DNA from: Octopus sinensis
Lineage: Eukaryota
Assembly: GCF_006345805.1 (NCBI RefSeq)
Contig: NC_043018.1
Location: 14,322,001-14,386,000, forward strand
Reading direction: 5' to 3'
Length of the DNA: 64,000 nucleotides
The notes below the pieces were generated by a model. It did no database searches. It saw only the letters and a program-made list of their open reading frames with translations, and was not told the origin of the DNA. Positions 24,537 to 39,048 of the stretch are shown here, piece after piece. A program made the position numbers and the translations under genes. Numbering within the stretch: the first letter of the stretch is position 1; every line of letters starts with the position of its first letter.

Positions 24537-25299
24537 CATACATACATAAAATGGATAATTCCTATTTGTAAAACTATCAACAATAGATATTCCCTAAGAG
24601 TACTCTAGAATGAAGGTTAATTGCCAACAAAACACAGCAGTCGAATGTTAATCTTATTCAGCTCCAGAAGACGATGTTTCCTGGGGCTAAACAATAGTAA
24701 CATTCAGCTGTCACTTTATGTTGGCAAACAACCTTTACTATATGTATATTTATAATAGGTGTGGGTGGTATACGAGTGGGTATATATTTATAAAAAAGAA
24801 GTTTGAAATCGCCACTATATAAGATAAATTTTAATTTTCTAAGAAATTTTTCATGTTTCGGTTTTTCTTGAAAAAACGAACCTTATCAAAAATATTTTTA
24901 AAAGTTAAGTGTAATAAAAAAAAGTTTATAATTGTTTCTTACGAGTCTCAACAGAGTCCACGTGATGGGTTTTTTGTGAGGTGGATCATAATAGCTGTCT
25001 TGTGTGTTGACTAGATTCGTTGGCTGCAGTTGGGGAATTGACTAGTGGCCGAAATAACAGAAATGTATACACACACACACACACACATATACATATATAA
25101 CAGCTGCATCCTCGTTACACGAGTAAAGCCATGGGCAAGAAGACTTACTGAAATGATTCATTATTGTTGCCATGTGATGCCCTTATGTGAGTTTTAAGCC
25201 TAGCCAAGCTTTTACACATTTAATTACTTACTGGACAACTGTGCTGGCTGACAGGAGAAACAGGTGCCACCATATGCACTCTCTTAGCATGTTTTTTTA

Positions 25300-25870
25300 G
25301 GCCTCCAACTTAGAGGCACACCCTTCCACATTTTACGCAGGTTCTGTTGTGAATTTTAATAGCCACACCACTGTTTATCAGGGGTCGATTTCTGTGAGAT
25401 TTTTGATGGCTCACCAGACCTGCACGACTCAAACACCTACTCCCACAAACTACGCACATAAAAAACAACACTCTCCCATTTTCCACAGCTTTCCCCCTTC
25501 TAAGCCCCCCCATCCCTGATTCTCTCTTACTTCATTCTCTCCCTCGCAAACCTTAAACAACCATCATGCACTATCTTCCGCCGTCCATCGCGGTCTTGTG
25601 CCTCCCTCTCCCAATTACCAGCTGCAATTCCTGTCTGTATTAAAGGATTTTTAAGGCAATCCTTAAACCTTAGTTTAGGCTTATGCGCTGGTCTCCTATC
25701 ATCTTGCAGCTCACCAAACAATAGCTGTTTGGGCAGTCGCTCATCACCCATTCTTACCAAATGTCTCCCCCACCTCAAACGCATTTGCAAACTCATTGAC
25801 TCTAGACTTCTGTTGCCATTTCTCTCAAGCAGCTCCACATTACTGATGGCCATTTTCCAGTTTATCCCCA
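25300..25870 (-). mobile_element. RTE-clade LINE 3' fragment
   Basis: ISNVELLER...RLRWGRHLVRMGDERLPKQLLFGEL...KPKLRFKDCLK plus terminal C2H2-like CVVCGSRCLSRAGLVSHQKSH. Confidence 0.85.
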
Positions 25871-25920
25871 TACACATACATACATACATACATACATACA
25901 TACATACATACATACATACA

Positions 25921-25954
<34 letters not shown>

Positions 25955-26715
25955 CATACATATATACATATATACATACATACATACCTACATACCTACA
26001 TACGTATGTATATATATATACGCTTATTCGTTCATTCCACTCTTCGTTCTTTCGTTTCCCCTCTCTCACATTTCTTTGCCTTCTCTTCGTGCTCACTTTC
26101 CCTCCACTTTTCACTTCACTGTGTCCCTATCATTTTTTCTCGCCCCTCCTTAATTCTTCTGTCACTCTGCTTTTACTTCTCTCTCTTCTCTTCCCACGTG
26201 ACCGTTGTGCAGCCAAGCCTGTTCTTTCTTTCTTGGTCTGACCGTTGTCCGAGCAACATCAATATTCTTCCCTGTGTTTGTTAAACTTTTGTATCTCTGC
26301 CGTAAGGCTTCATTTCCACACGCGCCAGCTTAATTCAATTCGTCCTTAGTCGAAAGACACCTGTTGTTATGTTCTGTTATTATTTTTATTGTATTTATAT
26401 TTGTATAATATTGTCCGTTTTTTCCGTCCTTGTTTTTGTATACATTCGCCACTTTCTGCCAAGGAATCTAATGCTCTTAGCTTAGTTTTTAGCTTTTCCT
26501 TGGGGCTGGCCAGATCGGAGCAATCTCACGAATAATCAGCCGAAATTGCGAGGATAATCTGGTGCTTGACTGAGGAAAGAAAACTTCGAATGACCCGTAC
26601 TTGTTTTCTTTGTATTGTCTATCTGGATGTTTTGTTGTCCCTTTTAGTATCACCTAGCTGCCCGGATGTTTTGCGTTCTCGTCTCATTTTGTATTTCATA
26701 TACATATACATATAC

Positions 26716-26829
<114 letters not shown>

Positions 26830-27571
26830 GTATGTATATTTATATATATATATATGTATATTTCTATGTGTGTGTGTTTGTGTGTATTGATAGCAATATA
26901 CAGAGTATGTTTTAGTAATGGTCATGGTAGGAGTGTGGTAGAGCTTAATTTGTTTGTTGTCTTTGAGCATGTGTTCAGTCCGAGACACTCGAACAGAGAA
27001 TACCCAGATAGTTTTTCAAATTTTCCCTTGAGAATTCTTCGATTGTGTTTGGAGGATGTGCGTCATTGTAGTCTGTAAATTTTGGATGAAATCCGGCATT
27101 TCTACTGTTTGCTGTTTGGTTAATACAAATCGGTTGTTAAGAAGCGAATAAAAATCTTTAGGCTAGAGATTAGTGCTATATATTTCAATGACTGAAACAA
27201 GCAGAAAATCAGTTAAAAGAAATATAATATTATAGGGATCACAAAAGCAAGAATGAAATGAAAAGCTTTGATTTGCGCTTACAAATCGCCAAGTACATAT
27301 TTTACACTCCTTTAAGTTACAATTATGTGCTACATCTTAAATATTTCAAACAAAACTTCCTGCAAAATCAAAATATTCACTACCTTCAATATCGAATGAA
27401 GCTTCATAACCTTCGGATGAATTTTATGATCGTAATGAACATCTTAATGTTTGCTATCAATTGTTTGAAGCGTCTTTTAATTTGTCACTCATGAGATTAC
27501 AGTCATGCTAGACCATTGCTTCAAAGAATTTTAGTCAAACGAATCGACTCCAGCATTTATTATTATTATTA

Positions 27572-27609
<38 letters not shown>

Positions 27610-27611
27610 GC

Positions 27612-30600
27612 TATCTTTTTTTCTTCTTCTTTCAAATTTGCTTCCATTTCTTGCCGAGTGTCTTCCCGACTCCTAGGGCAAAGAAACACATAGTATACAT
27701 TGGTAGGCCATTAAACTAAACTCACTTGTCCGTTCATTTTTTTTAAAGTTTAATTAAAATACATGGGTAGTAATAGTTCTCACATCGACAATGCTCTTCT
27801 CAATACGTGTGATGTACCAGTTAAGACAATCTTTTGCACTTCTTGCAGGGATGGTAAGCCAGGGATCATTCTCATATAATTTTCGGTTCCCTTCTTGATC
27901 ATTCCTAGTGCTCCAACGATCACTGGTATTGTAACCGCCTTGAGATGCCACATTTTCTCAATTTCAATGAGCAGGTCTTTATATTTTCTGAGCTTCTCAA
28001 ACTCTTTCGCCGAGATATTATGATCACAGGGGATGCTCATGTTGATCAATAAGCAAACTTAATTGTTTTGGTCTTTCACAATATCCGGTTTATTGGCTTT
28101 GATGGTTCGGTCTGTATGTACTGGAAAGTCCCACATAATCGTTACATTTTCTCCTTCAGTTACAGCTTCAAGGTGGTGATTATACCACTTGTCGGCAGTT
28201 TTGATATTGTAATGCCGACTTATTAGCTAGTGTAGATATTGGCCAACTCTGTCATGTCTTAATTTATACTCCACTGGTGCTAAGACCTTACATCCAGAGA
28301 ACCTTACATCCAGAGATTAGGTGGTCCACTGTTTCAATCATGTCTTTGCAGAATCGGCATTTTGGGTCTGCTCCATTTTTCATCACATTGGCCTGGTAGT
28401 TCCGGGTTAATAGGCTTTGATCTTGAGCAGCCAGGATGAAACCTTCACTCTCTGCTTTTAGCCCTGAGCTCCGTAGCCACTGATGGGTTTGCTTCTGGTC
28501 AACATCAGCTTGTTTGCTGCGGGTCACATATTTGCCGTGCAGAGGTTTCTCCTCCCACCTATCAGCCAATTGCTCGTGCGCTTTTTTCGTTGCCATTATT
28601 TTCACCTTCTTTGCAACAATAGTTGCCGTACTTCCCTCGGGTTGTTCAGTTTGGGTATCCTGCACGAAATCAATAGCAATTTTTTTGCTTTCCTTTATGA
28701 TAGAATGAAGCTTCTTTCGTCTCTCGTGATTTTCCACGAGCTTTAGCATCCAGTCATTCGTTATTTCAAGATATTTGGCCAGTCCAATTGTGGTTGTTTT
28801 GTAAGCTAGTTCAAATTGGATCAGGCTTCGACCTCCTTGGGCTCTGGGGAGGTAAAGGCGATCTAGGTCTGCCTTTGGGTGGTGCATCCTATTACAACTC
28901 AGCAGCTTGCGTATTTTCCTATCTATATTCTTTACTTCACTCATATTCCAGTTCAACACATTGTAGCTATAAGTAACAACTGGAACTGCTAAGGAATTTA
29001 TAGCTAACACCTTGTTACGTGCATTTAGGTCATATTTCAGGACTGCACGAACTCTCCTATAACATTCCTTCCTGATCTTCTCTTTCATGCTTGCATGCTG
29101 AATACCAGAGCTTTCATTTATCCCTAAATATTTGTATGTTTGTTCTTGCTCAAGCTCTCTTATGACTGTGTCAACATCTAGCACGACTGAATTTGTGGTC
29201 TTCACTTTCCCTTTCTGGAAAGTGGCCTTGGCACACTTCTCAAGTCCAAACTCCAAACCGATGTCATCGCTGAATGCTTTCACAGTGCGCAATATGCCTT
29301 CAAGTTCATTATTGTCTTTACCATAGAGTTTTAAGTCATCCATATAAAATAGATGGCTTATTTTATTATTGACAATTTTATACCCATACCCTGTTCTGTT
29401 TAATTCACTTGTAAGGGGTATTAGGGCTATGCAGAATATTAGAGGTGAAAGTGAGTCACCTTGAAAAATGCCACAGTTGATGTTTATATTATGTGAGGCA
29501 AGTACTCCATTAGAGTGGTATAATTGGAGATTCGTATTCCACAACGACATATTGTGCTTCAGGAAGCTTGAAATCACAGGGGAAATTTTGAAGATGTCCA
29601 GCGATCTCAAGTTCCACGAATGCGGTATACTGTCGAAGGCCTTTTTTATAGTCATTCCATGCGGAGCTGAGATTTCTGCGCTTGTTGTGACAGTTCTCAA
29701 GGATCATACGATTAATTAGCAGTTGATCTTTGCATCCGTATGAGCCTCGGCGGCACCCTTTTTGTTCAATGGGGAAAATATCGTTCTTCTCCATGAATGC
29801 ATATGTTTTCTCCGCCAGGATAGATGTTAGGATTTTATACGTGGTGGATAAACAGGTTATAGGCCGATAGTTTTTTGGAAGTTTGCTTTCGTTATTCTTT
29901 GGGAGTAGGTAAGTAATACCACTTGCTAACCATTCAGGTGTTTTCTTTGGGTCTCTCATAATTCCATTGAGCAGCTGAACTAGCTTACCGTGTGCGCATG
30001 GGAGCGATGCGAGCCAGAAATTCGGCACCTTATCTTTACCGGGGGATTTCTAATTATGGGCCTTCGTGAGTGCCTTTCTTAGGTCTGCTATTGTGATGTC
30101 TTCCCATGCTTGTTGTAAATTTTGGTAGGACCCTTCTGTTTGTATAATCCAGTCTGCATTTATGTTGTACGTCTTCTCGTCACTCCAAATCCTTTTCCAA
30201 AAGTTTTGAACTTCTTCCATGGGAGGGGGTCTTTAACGGTTACTTTCTCCTTCCCTATTTCTCTGTAGAATTTTTTGGCATTGGATGTGAACAGCTTATT
30301 TTGCTTGTAAAACTTGTTTCTCTTCTCAAATCTTCGTATTCTTTGGGCTTTTGCTTGGACTTTTTGTTTCAGCGTTTCTTTTATTGATATCAGTTCTTCT
30401 CTTGATGAGGATCCAAATTTTCTCTTCATCTTTCTTCCTGTTCTGGATCTTACATCATTTCCACATATTAGTTCGTTTAATATTGATATTTCCCCTCTCA
30501 TAAATTCAATCTCTTTTTCAATTTTACTTCTCCAGGTTTAATTTCTTCCCAGGTTTGGTTTTCTTTGTTTCTTCGGGGGCATACAGCTGGTTTCAATTGC

Positions 30601-30735
30601 CCTAGCAGAAGCGTGAATAATTTCATTTAACTCAGTAAAATCAGGTTTTAATTCTTGTATTATTTCATTTGTTACATAGTTGCCAATTTTGATTTGTTTT
30701 TTATTTTGGTTTGTATTTGAGAGTTTATGAAGTGG
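27612..30735 (-). mobile_element. R4/Dong-type (restriction-like endonuclease) non-LTR retrotransposon, 5'-truncated and frameshifted, in an (AAT)n tract
   Basis: RT (KKAFDSIPH, GIFQGDSLSP, HLFYMDDLKLY), WEEKPLHGKY, WLRSSGLKAESEGF, CCHC (CRFC...HLISGC), REL (SIP.D.N...EKLRKYKDL...GALG); (TAA)n on both sides (~27558-27610 and ~30740-30860). Confidence 0.88.
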
Positions 30736-30775
30736 TTATTATTATTATTATTATCATTATTATTATTATCATTAA

Positions 30776-30833
<58 letters not shown>

Positions 30834-30861
30834 GTTATTATTATTATTATTATTATTATTC

Positions 30862-31437
30862 AGTAGTTTTATTTTTATAGCGTGCTTTCACTTCACTACC
30901 GAGTGCAGCTCTGTGTGCCTTGGGTATGTGCTGTGATTTGTTGTGATGCTCTGATGGTTATTGTATGGAAAGTGTTCTGCGTAGGATGTGTGCAGTGCCT
31001 AGTAGTGCCATTTTCTGTATGTTATATGTGTTTGTAAGTCCTGGTGTTTTTGTTATGTATTTGTCTGAATATTTTTTTATCATGCCTAATGCACCTACTA
31101 TGATAGGAATTGTTTCTGTTTTCAGGTTCCACATTCTAGTTACCTCTATTTCCAGGTCTTTGTATTTTGAGAGTTTCTCCATTTCTTTTAGAGACACGTT
31201 GTCATCTGCCGGTATTGATACATCAATTAGAAAGCATTTTTTTTCTTCATGATCTCTGACAACTATATCTGGTCTGTTGGCCTTAATTTCTCTATCTGTG
31301 TGTATCGGCATATCCCAGAGTATGGTTGCTTTCTCGTTTTCTGTGACCTTTTCTGGTGTGTGCCTATACCATCTTTTTGCTGTTGTTATTCCATAATGTT
31401 GGCATAGCTTCCAATGTATGTAGGTTCCAACTTTGGA

Positions 31438-31442
<5 letters not shown>
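30862..31442 (-). mobile_element. R4/Dong-type LINE, short 3' fragment (second family)
   Basis: VGTYIHWKLCQHYG...NRPDIV...FLIDVSIP...KLSKYKDLE...GALG...RRTLSIQ* plus 3'UTR ending in (AAT)n; highly similar to ~57970-58395. Confidence 0.9.
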
Positions 31443-31502
<60 letters not shown>

Positions 31503-31567
31503 CATTATTATTATTATTATTTTTATTATTATTATGATTATTATTATTATGATTATTATTATTATTA

Positions 31568-31598
<31 letters not shown>

Positions 31599-31603
31599 AA
31601 TTA

Positions 31604-31649
<46 letters not shown>

Positions 31650-31673
31650 CATCATTATTATTATTATCATTAA

Positions 31674-31721
<48 letters not shown>

Positions 31722-31753
31722 CAATATTATCATTATTATTATTATTATTATTA

Positions 31754-31802
<49 letters not shown>

Positions 31803-31914
31803 GATTATTATTATTATGATTATTATTATTATTATCATTATTATTATTATTATTAATATTATTATTATTATCATTATTATTATTATTATTATTATTATGA
31901 TTATTATTATTATG

Positions 31915-31955
<41 letters not shown>

Positions 31956-31972
31956 CATTATTATTATTATTA

Positions 31973-32024
<52 letters not shown>

Positions 32025-32089
32025 CATTATTATTATTATTATTTTTATTATTATTATGATTATTATTATTATGATTATTATTATTATTA

Positions 32090-32134
<45 letters not shown>
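31443..32134. repeat. ~690-bp (AAT)n-based microsatellite
   Basis: Directly visible; source of the poly-Asn/Ile/Tyr ORFs. Confidence 0.97.
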
Positions 32135-32135
<1 letters not shown>

Positions 32136-32758
32136 GTTTATATATATGTGGTGCAAGATTTTTATGTGATATCATGTGTTGAAACAGATATTGTTGCATT
32201 TCATTTTGCCCGATCGAATAATAAAAACACACGCACTATATATTTGGTGTTACTTTGCTTCAGTGTTATTTATTTTTTACATTAAACTTAGTCTTATTTC
32301 GGCCAGAGTTCTTTCGTCACACTCCTGTGACCGCATCAGTGGTCCGTTGCTTTCTTCTTTCTTATTTGTGTGTCTCTCCTTACTAACGGTCAGCCATTTT
32401 GTATTTCCATTGTCTGTGTCTTCATTTGCGCATGCGTATATCCCTATGTGCGTCTATGTTTAGTTAGTGTGTGTGGGGGGGCGATGCCTGTAATATTTGT
32501 ATCTTCTGTTTATATATTGGCGTGTAAAAATGCAACATATAAGCTTCATCGTGTTTCAATCCGAAATTTTGACGTCTCCCAAGGTGAACGTTGGCGTAAC
32601 TTGGGACATAAATTTGATATAGCTTCACATGACGTATTCTATTCACTATTTCACACAGCTGTTGCGTAACAAGAGTTTGTAAATATTGAATCAAATCGTA
32701 TAAATCATGCTGTTATATATATATATATTTATTTATATTGTTCTTAATTTTAATTTTA

Positions 32759-32830
<72 letters not shown>

Positions 32831-32895
32831 CATACGTATATATATATATACACGTATATATGTATATATACATATATATAATATTTGTATGTATG

Positions 32896-32950
<55 letters not shown>

Positions 32951-33217
32951 GTATACATATATATATACAAGTACATCCATCCATCCATTCATCCATCCAG
33001 CCATACATACATACATACATACATACATACATACATACATACATACATACATACAAACTTATCTTCAGCTCTTGGTGGGCCAAATCGGATGTGTAATCTA
33101 TGTGAGTGTCTTTTCAAAACATTGTCTGGGTGAAAAAGCCACATCAGATGCTATGATGGTTTTAAGGTGCATAAAGAGTAGACACACACAGACACATACA
33201 CAAACGTATATGTATAC

Positions 33218-33270
<53 letters not shown>

Positions 33271-33909
33271 TGTGTATCTTTAAATGAATGCGCGAGCGCG
33301 GATATGTGTGTAAATATAAAAAGAAAGACGTGAGGAGTGCAAATTCAGAAAAACCAAAGGAGACGACAGCTCGAGTAAGGACTGTTTAAATCTGTCCACT
33401 GAATAACTAACACTACACAACCATCATCAACCAGTTTCAACTTTGCACCTGAGAAAGTCTACTGAGCTCTTTGTATAAATACCGTTCGAATCTAACAAGT
33501 ATGTAAACATTTAAATTATTCATTGTGGCTGTTTGTGATTAAGTACCTGTTCATCGATTTCTTTGCCTAGTTCTTCCTTGCAGAGATTAGTAACTGAATA
33601 GATAAAAGAAATTAGAGAGGCCGTTAATTAAAACTCATACGTAATATTATGCTCTTTCAGATAGTGTTGTATTTCAGAAAAGGTCGATTGCGTAAGTTTG
33701 TGTGCGCGGATCAAATGACACAAGTGTTTAACAGCAAACAATTATGTTTACTCAGGTATGGTGTTAGATACTGCCGGTGCAACACGTTAATCAAATATGC
33801 AGTGAAATGTGAAGCAAAGACTGACTTTTGTTATAGAAAATAGAGAAAAAATACTTTTGACAGTGTACATTTCACAAAGAACATTCTGTCAGATGCAAAG
33901 TGACAAGCC

Positions 33910-34474
33910 TGTAACGTTTTATGTGAATATCTTCTCTGCACTGTTTGGGGTGCAAGAAGCAATCACTTTCCGTTGCTTTAATAATCCAGAATTCTACCAG
34001 TCAAAGAAACACAAAACGCAGACGTAAAAAATAGATATACTTTATTGTTTTATACCGGTGAGAAATCAGTGGTATATCTGATATCCTTGGTTCTGGGCGC
34101 GCAAGGCTGAAAGTTAATCTCTTGTAAGGTTACAATGTTCAGCCGCTAAAAACAGAACGGGTTAAAGATGGCGGCGGAAAATGAAGACGACGTTGTCTGC
34201 AACAATTTGGTAAAAAACCTTCGGCCGACTGCTATCAAAGCTGGAACGAGAGAAATATACGTCTGCTGGTATCAAAGGCCTTCTGCTGTCTCTGCTGTCT
34301 CTGATGGACGCTGATGGTCAAGGTTTTTGCGTTTCCTTGCCTCTCTTCTAAGGGTCGCTTTTCCTAGCCAATCAGCTAATTCCACGATAGCAATATTCCC
34401 TCTTCTGTTGATGAAAACACGCGCGAATCAGAAAAGGGCGTTGCGCGCGCGCGCTGTTGTATAGCGTCACTACA
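33910..34474 (-). repeat. 3' LTR (565 bp)
   Basis: Differs from 39049-39614 by roughly 7 substitutions and one 1-nt indel counted by eye. Confidence 0.95.
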
Positions 34475-34991
34475 AAGGCTCCCCCACAAGTGCGTATGCA
34501 CGAAGCAAACGTCTTGTAGTGACTGCAAAACTCAAGGTGGATTCCAGACAACCAAAATAGCACACAATATAATACATTAAAACAACAAAAAAAAAAAATT
34601 CACCTAAAAGGTAAAAAGAGAAAAAATACTCAAAATGAGCAAAGTTCAATGAGTATTGAACTGTCACTGGGAAGTCAATTGAAAATGTCAAATATAAATA
34701 GTTTTGGAAAGTTTTTTCGGCCAGTGAACAGTTCTGCCTGACCTCGTAACATAAGGTCTGTTCGAGGCAGGCTGCGACGACGAAGGTGGTGTTGTCGATG
34801 TTGGTGTTGATAATGGTGCATGTGTAAATAGTGGTGTTGTCAAAGGTGCATGTGAAGGTTCAACGATGGTGTGGCAGTGGGGTCATTAAAAGATGTGGAC
34901 ACCTCAAAATATGCCCTTTTAAGACGATCTACGGAGACGGTCTCCGAACGACCGTTAATTTCAAGTTTGAATACCTTCGGCGTGCGAGAAA

Positions 34992-37897
34992 TCACACGAA
35001 AAGTCCTTTATAAGGAGAAACAAGAGGTCCTTTGACAGAATCATCACGAATAAAAACATGCGTCCAAGAATTAAGGTCTGATGGCACACTAGAAGGAGGA
35101 TTTTGGTGTCGAGGGTCCATAGGAGGAAGGGCAGAAAAATATCTGCGTAATCGAGCAACATAAGACTCTAAATTAAGAGACTGTGACTTGTCTGGCACCA
35201 ACATCGTACCAGGCAATGCCAGTGTGGTACCATACAAGAGCTCGGCAGACGAAAAACCAAGGTCTGCTTTAATCGCAGTCCGACATCCAAGCAGGACGAT
35301 CGGTAGAAATTCAGTCCATGACTGTGGATTCGGCGAGGCACGCAAAGCGGCCTTAAGTTGCCTATGGAAACGCTCCACCATCCCATTAGAAGCGGGGTGG
35401 TAACTTGTGGTGCGTATATGATGCATCCCCAGGATTTGTGATAACTCACGAAACAATGCAGACTCGAATTGTCGACCACGATCTGTGGTCAAACTGTACG
35501 GTACACCATACCTCGAAATCCAATTAGATACGAAAGCCCTCGCAACAGTTTCAGCTGACATGTCTGCTATAGGAATAGCTTCCGGCCAGCGTGAAAAGCG
35601 ATCAATACAAGTTAAAATGTATGAGAACCCGCGACTCACAGGCCATGGTCCAACCAAATCAAGGTGGATATGGCGAAAACGGGCTTCAGGAGAGGAAAAT
35701 TGTCCAAGTGGAGCACGAACGTGTCTGTGGACTTTAGCACTCTGGCACCTCAAACAAGAGCGTGCCCAAGAGGTAATTGATCGTCGCATATTGGGCCAGA
35801 AGAACCGAGCAGTAACAAGCTTTACTGTGGCAGAGATACCTGGATGTGACAGTGAATGAAGAGCATCAAACACAGAACGTTGATGTTTCTCAGGTACTAA
35901 TGGTCTAGGTGAACCGGTAGGAACGTCACAAAGAATAGAGCCTTCCGCTGTAGGGAGCGGAAGGTAGACAAACTTACAGTTAATAAACTTAGGCGAAGTT
36001 AAATCCAACTCCTCTAAAGGTGGTTGGTCCTGCGAAATAGCAGTTAAATCAATTGCTGCAGGAGAGGAAATGGAATTGACAGGGAGTCTAGAGAGAGCAT
36101 CTGCCGGGATGTTCTCCGTCCCTGGCACATGCCTAATGTCACTTGTAAATTGAGAAATATAGTCCAGGTGACGGAAAGCACGAGGAGAGAGTTTATCCGT
36201 TTTAGAAGATAGTGCAAAAGTAAGGGGCTTGTGATCAGTATAAATCACAAACTCTCGTCCCTCGAGCTGGTGTTGAAAATGCCGAACTGACAGATAGATC
36301 GCTAGTAACTCTCGATCAAAAGTACTATATCTGCGTTCAGCTGGCTTTAGCTGACAAGAAAAGAAAGCTAAAGGTTTAACTTCACCCTCTACGGTGTGCT
36401 GCAAAACAGCGCCAATTGCAGACTCTGATGCGTCCACAGATAAAGTAAGTGGAGCATTAGGAGCCGGATGTGCCAAAATAGGGACTGAAGCTAGTTCCTT
36501 TTAACCAACTCAAAGGCAGACAGTGCTTCAGCCGAAAGAGTAAGACGGGCGTCCTTTTTAGAATTGCCCTTTAGCATCTGTGTTAAAGGTAACAACTTGT
36601 CCGCACACCGATCTATGAAACGTCTATAGAAATTTACTATGCCTAAAAAATGGCGAAGTTGACGCAAAGAAGAAGGTGGTGCGATGCGCTGAATAGCATC
36701 GACTTTGGATGAGAGTGGTTTGATTCCTCTCGAGTCAATATAATGACCGAGAAAATTAAGAGATGGTTGCCCAAAAACACACTTGTCTGGATTAATGCGA
36801 ACACCATAGTCGCGAAGACGCTGAAAAAGCTGAGACAAGTGCAGGAGATGATTTTCATGCGTATCACTTGCGATTAGAATATCATCGACATACGCGAACA
36901 CAAAATCAAGTCCGCGAACAACTTCATCTATAAACCGTTGGAAAGTACTAGTGGCATTCCTCAAACCAAAACTCATAAATAAAAATTCGAAACAGCCAAA
37001 AGGAGTAGTAATTGCTGTTTTAGGAATATCGTCTGAGTTGACCGGTATTTGATGGTAGGCACGTATGAGGTCAACCTTAGAAAAAATAGTACAGCCATGT
37101 AAATTTGCCGAAAAATCGTTTAAAATCCTTATGGAATATTTGTCCGGAATCGTCACCGAATTTAGACGCCGATAATCTCCCACCGGGCGAAAATCTGTAT
37201 CCCCTTTTCTTACTAAATGAAGGGGAGATGCCCATGGACTGGTGGAGGGGCGTATCAGACCGAGCTGGAGCATATGCTCAAACTCAGCCCTAGCAGTTTT
37301 AAGTCGATCAGGTGCAAGACGCCTTGGACGTGAAAAAACAGGAGGTCCAGTTGTTGTTATAAAGTGTCGTGTCGAGTGTAATGGCTTAGCCACCCTAAAG
37401 GTAACATCATATAGCTCTGGAAAAGAAGCTAAAAGAGAGTGAAAAACATCTCCAGATGTACCGACAAAAAATGTCGGGCTAAGAGCTAAATTGGTAGATT
37501 CTCCGGTCGGCGTGGAGAGTGTAGTCGAACTATCGACCAACCTCCGACGTCTGACATCTACCAACAAATCAAATTTATCCAGAAAATCCGCACCTAAAAT
37601 AGGATGCGGAATGTCGGCAATGACAAAAACCCATTGAAAGTCTCGACGAAGATTAATATCAAGGCGTAACGAGATCTGACCGAATGTGGCTATTGGTGAC
37701 GAGTCAATAGCGTGCAAGATGACGTTAGATCGTTTTGGCCTGTCGGTTGTGCAACGCAGTGGCCAAATACTGCAACAAGAACCAGTGTCCACCATGAAGT
37801 TTTTCTTCGACACTAGATCCTTAACAAAGAATGCACGATAACTAGACAATGTTGTGGAGGAAGTTGACGTGCTCAAATTCTCCGAATCTAGTTTAAA
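34992..37897 (-). CDS. pol: Pol: protease-RT-RNase H-integrase (1-nt break at ~36490, another near 35000)
   Basis: FMVDTGS protease; LGADFL; GDYRRLN; FAYVDDIL; [13 protein letters not shown] RNase H; HSLSHPG...CLRC, HLDLVG, TTDRG.QF, NGMVER integrase; downstream YVTRSGR motif. Confidence 0.92.
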
Positions 37898-38596
37898 GAC
37901 TTATAAGTGCATGGCTGTATGCACCTATGTGCATTCTCTCCATACTTGGAGTGGTACCAACACAGTCCAGACTTAGACTGTGTTGATCTCGAGGATGAAC
38001 GACTGCGACTCCGCGATTTTGAAGATCGCTTACCATCGCGACACATCGCGTCCATCCTTTTAGTGAGGGTTTCTATTAGTTTAGAAAGCCCCTCAATTGA
38101 GGCCGAAGAAGTTTGTGAACAGGCACAAGCAGACCGTGACGATGGTTGAACGGCAAATTCAACCATCTTATCAGCCATCGTTGCTATTTGGTCCACTGTA
38201 TTTGTCTCTAAGCCGGTTGCCAAAACGGTCTGTATATAGGCGGACAACCTCGAAAAAAAAATCTTCCGAATTACCACTTAACTCCCTCAGTCTTCGTAAG
38301 AATTCTGACGGAGTCCTATCTCCCAGTTGCTCATCTGCCATTAATTCGTTGAAACGACTTTCCTCGCTTCGTGTATTTCTTTTCTCTACCTCTAATTTAA
38401 CAGACGCATAAGTAGCGCCTGGACTAGGGTCTGTGATAAGGTCTCTTGCTGTAGATGCCAGTTGAGGCGGCATGCAACCATAAAGGATTTGCAACTGCTG
38501 CTCGGGAGTGATACTTTGTGCACGAAATTGTGCCTCTAACTGTGAAAACCACAGTGTGGCATCACCTGTAAAAGTAGGTAACGAACCCATAGACAT
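37888..38596 (-). CDS. gag: Gag (split across two frames at a T-run near 38255)
   Basis: LPTFTGDATLWFSQLEAQF, LGDRTPSEFLRRLREL, then RLSAYIQTVLA...CWYHSKYGENAHRCIQPC. Confidence 0.85.
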
Positions 38597-39048
38597 TTTG
38601 TAGCCTTTTATTCACTAGATGACTCTGTCAAATGGAAAAAACAAAACTGACAACGAACTAACGCTGAACAGACGCAACAAGGAAAAAAACAAAGGGAAAA
38701 AGAAAGGAAGAAAGAAAGAAAGAAAGAAAGAAAGACCAACAATTGAACCAATAAATTTTGAATGTGCAATTTACAAAAAAAAAATGTTTTTTTTCTTTTG
38801 TTTTCTTTTGATTGTACTGTGTGCACAGAGAATAGAAAAATTCTTTCTTTTTTGTTTTACCAACCTTCGTCGCGTTTTAATCGAGAAAAAAAATTTTCTT
38901 CTCTTGTTTTCTTCCGTGCGTGAGTGCAGATGAAGAAACAAACTGTTGAAAGTGACTGGAAAACAGGTTGGTCGTGTTTCAGACTTGGCAGAAAAACTGG
39001 ATTTTTTTCTTTTTGTTGAGTGTTCTCTGGAACTTCGGGGATCACCAC

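Noticed and set aside
26565-26605. CTGAGGA...GAAT hammerhead-like motif (similar weak motifs at ~13500-13590, ~39719-39750 and ~55055-55118)
   Set aside because: Core incomplete and stems I/III do not pair convincingly.
30958-32232. 424-aa poly-Asn ORF and the poly-Ile/poly-Tyr ORFs
   Set aside because: Product of the (AAT)n tract fused to a LINE fragment; not a gene.
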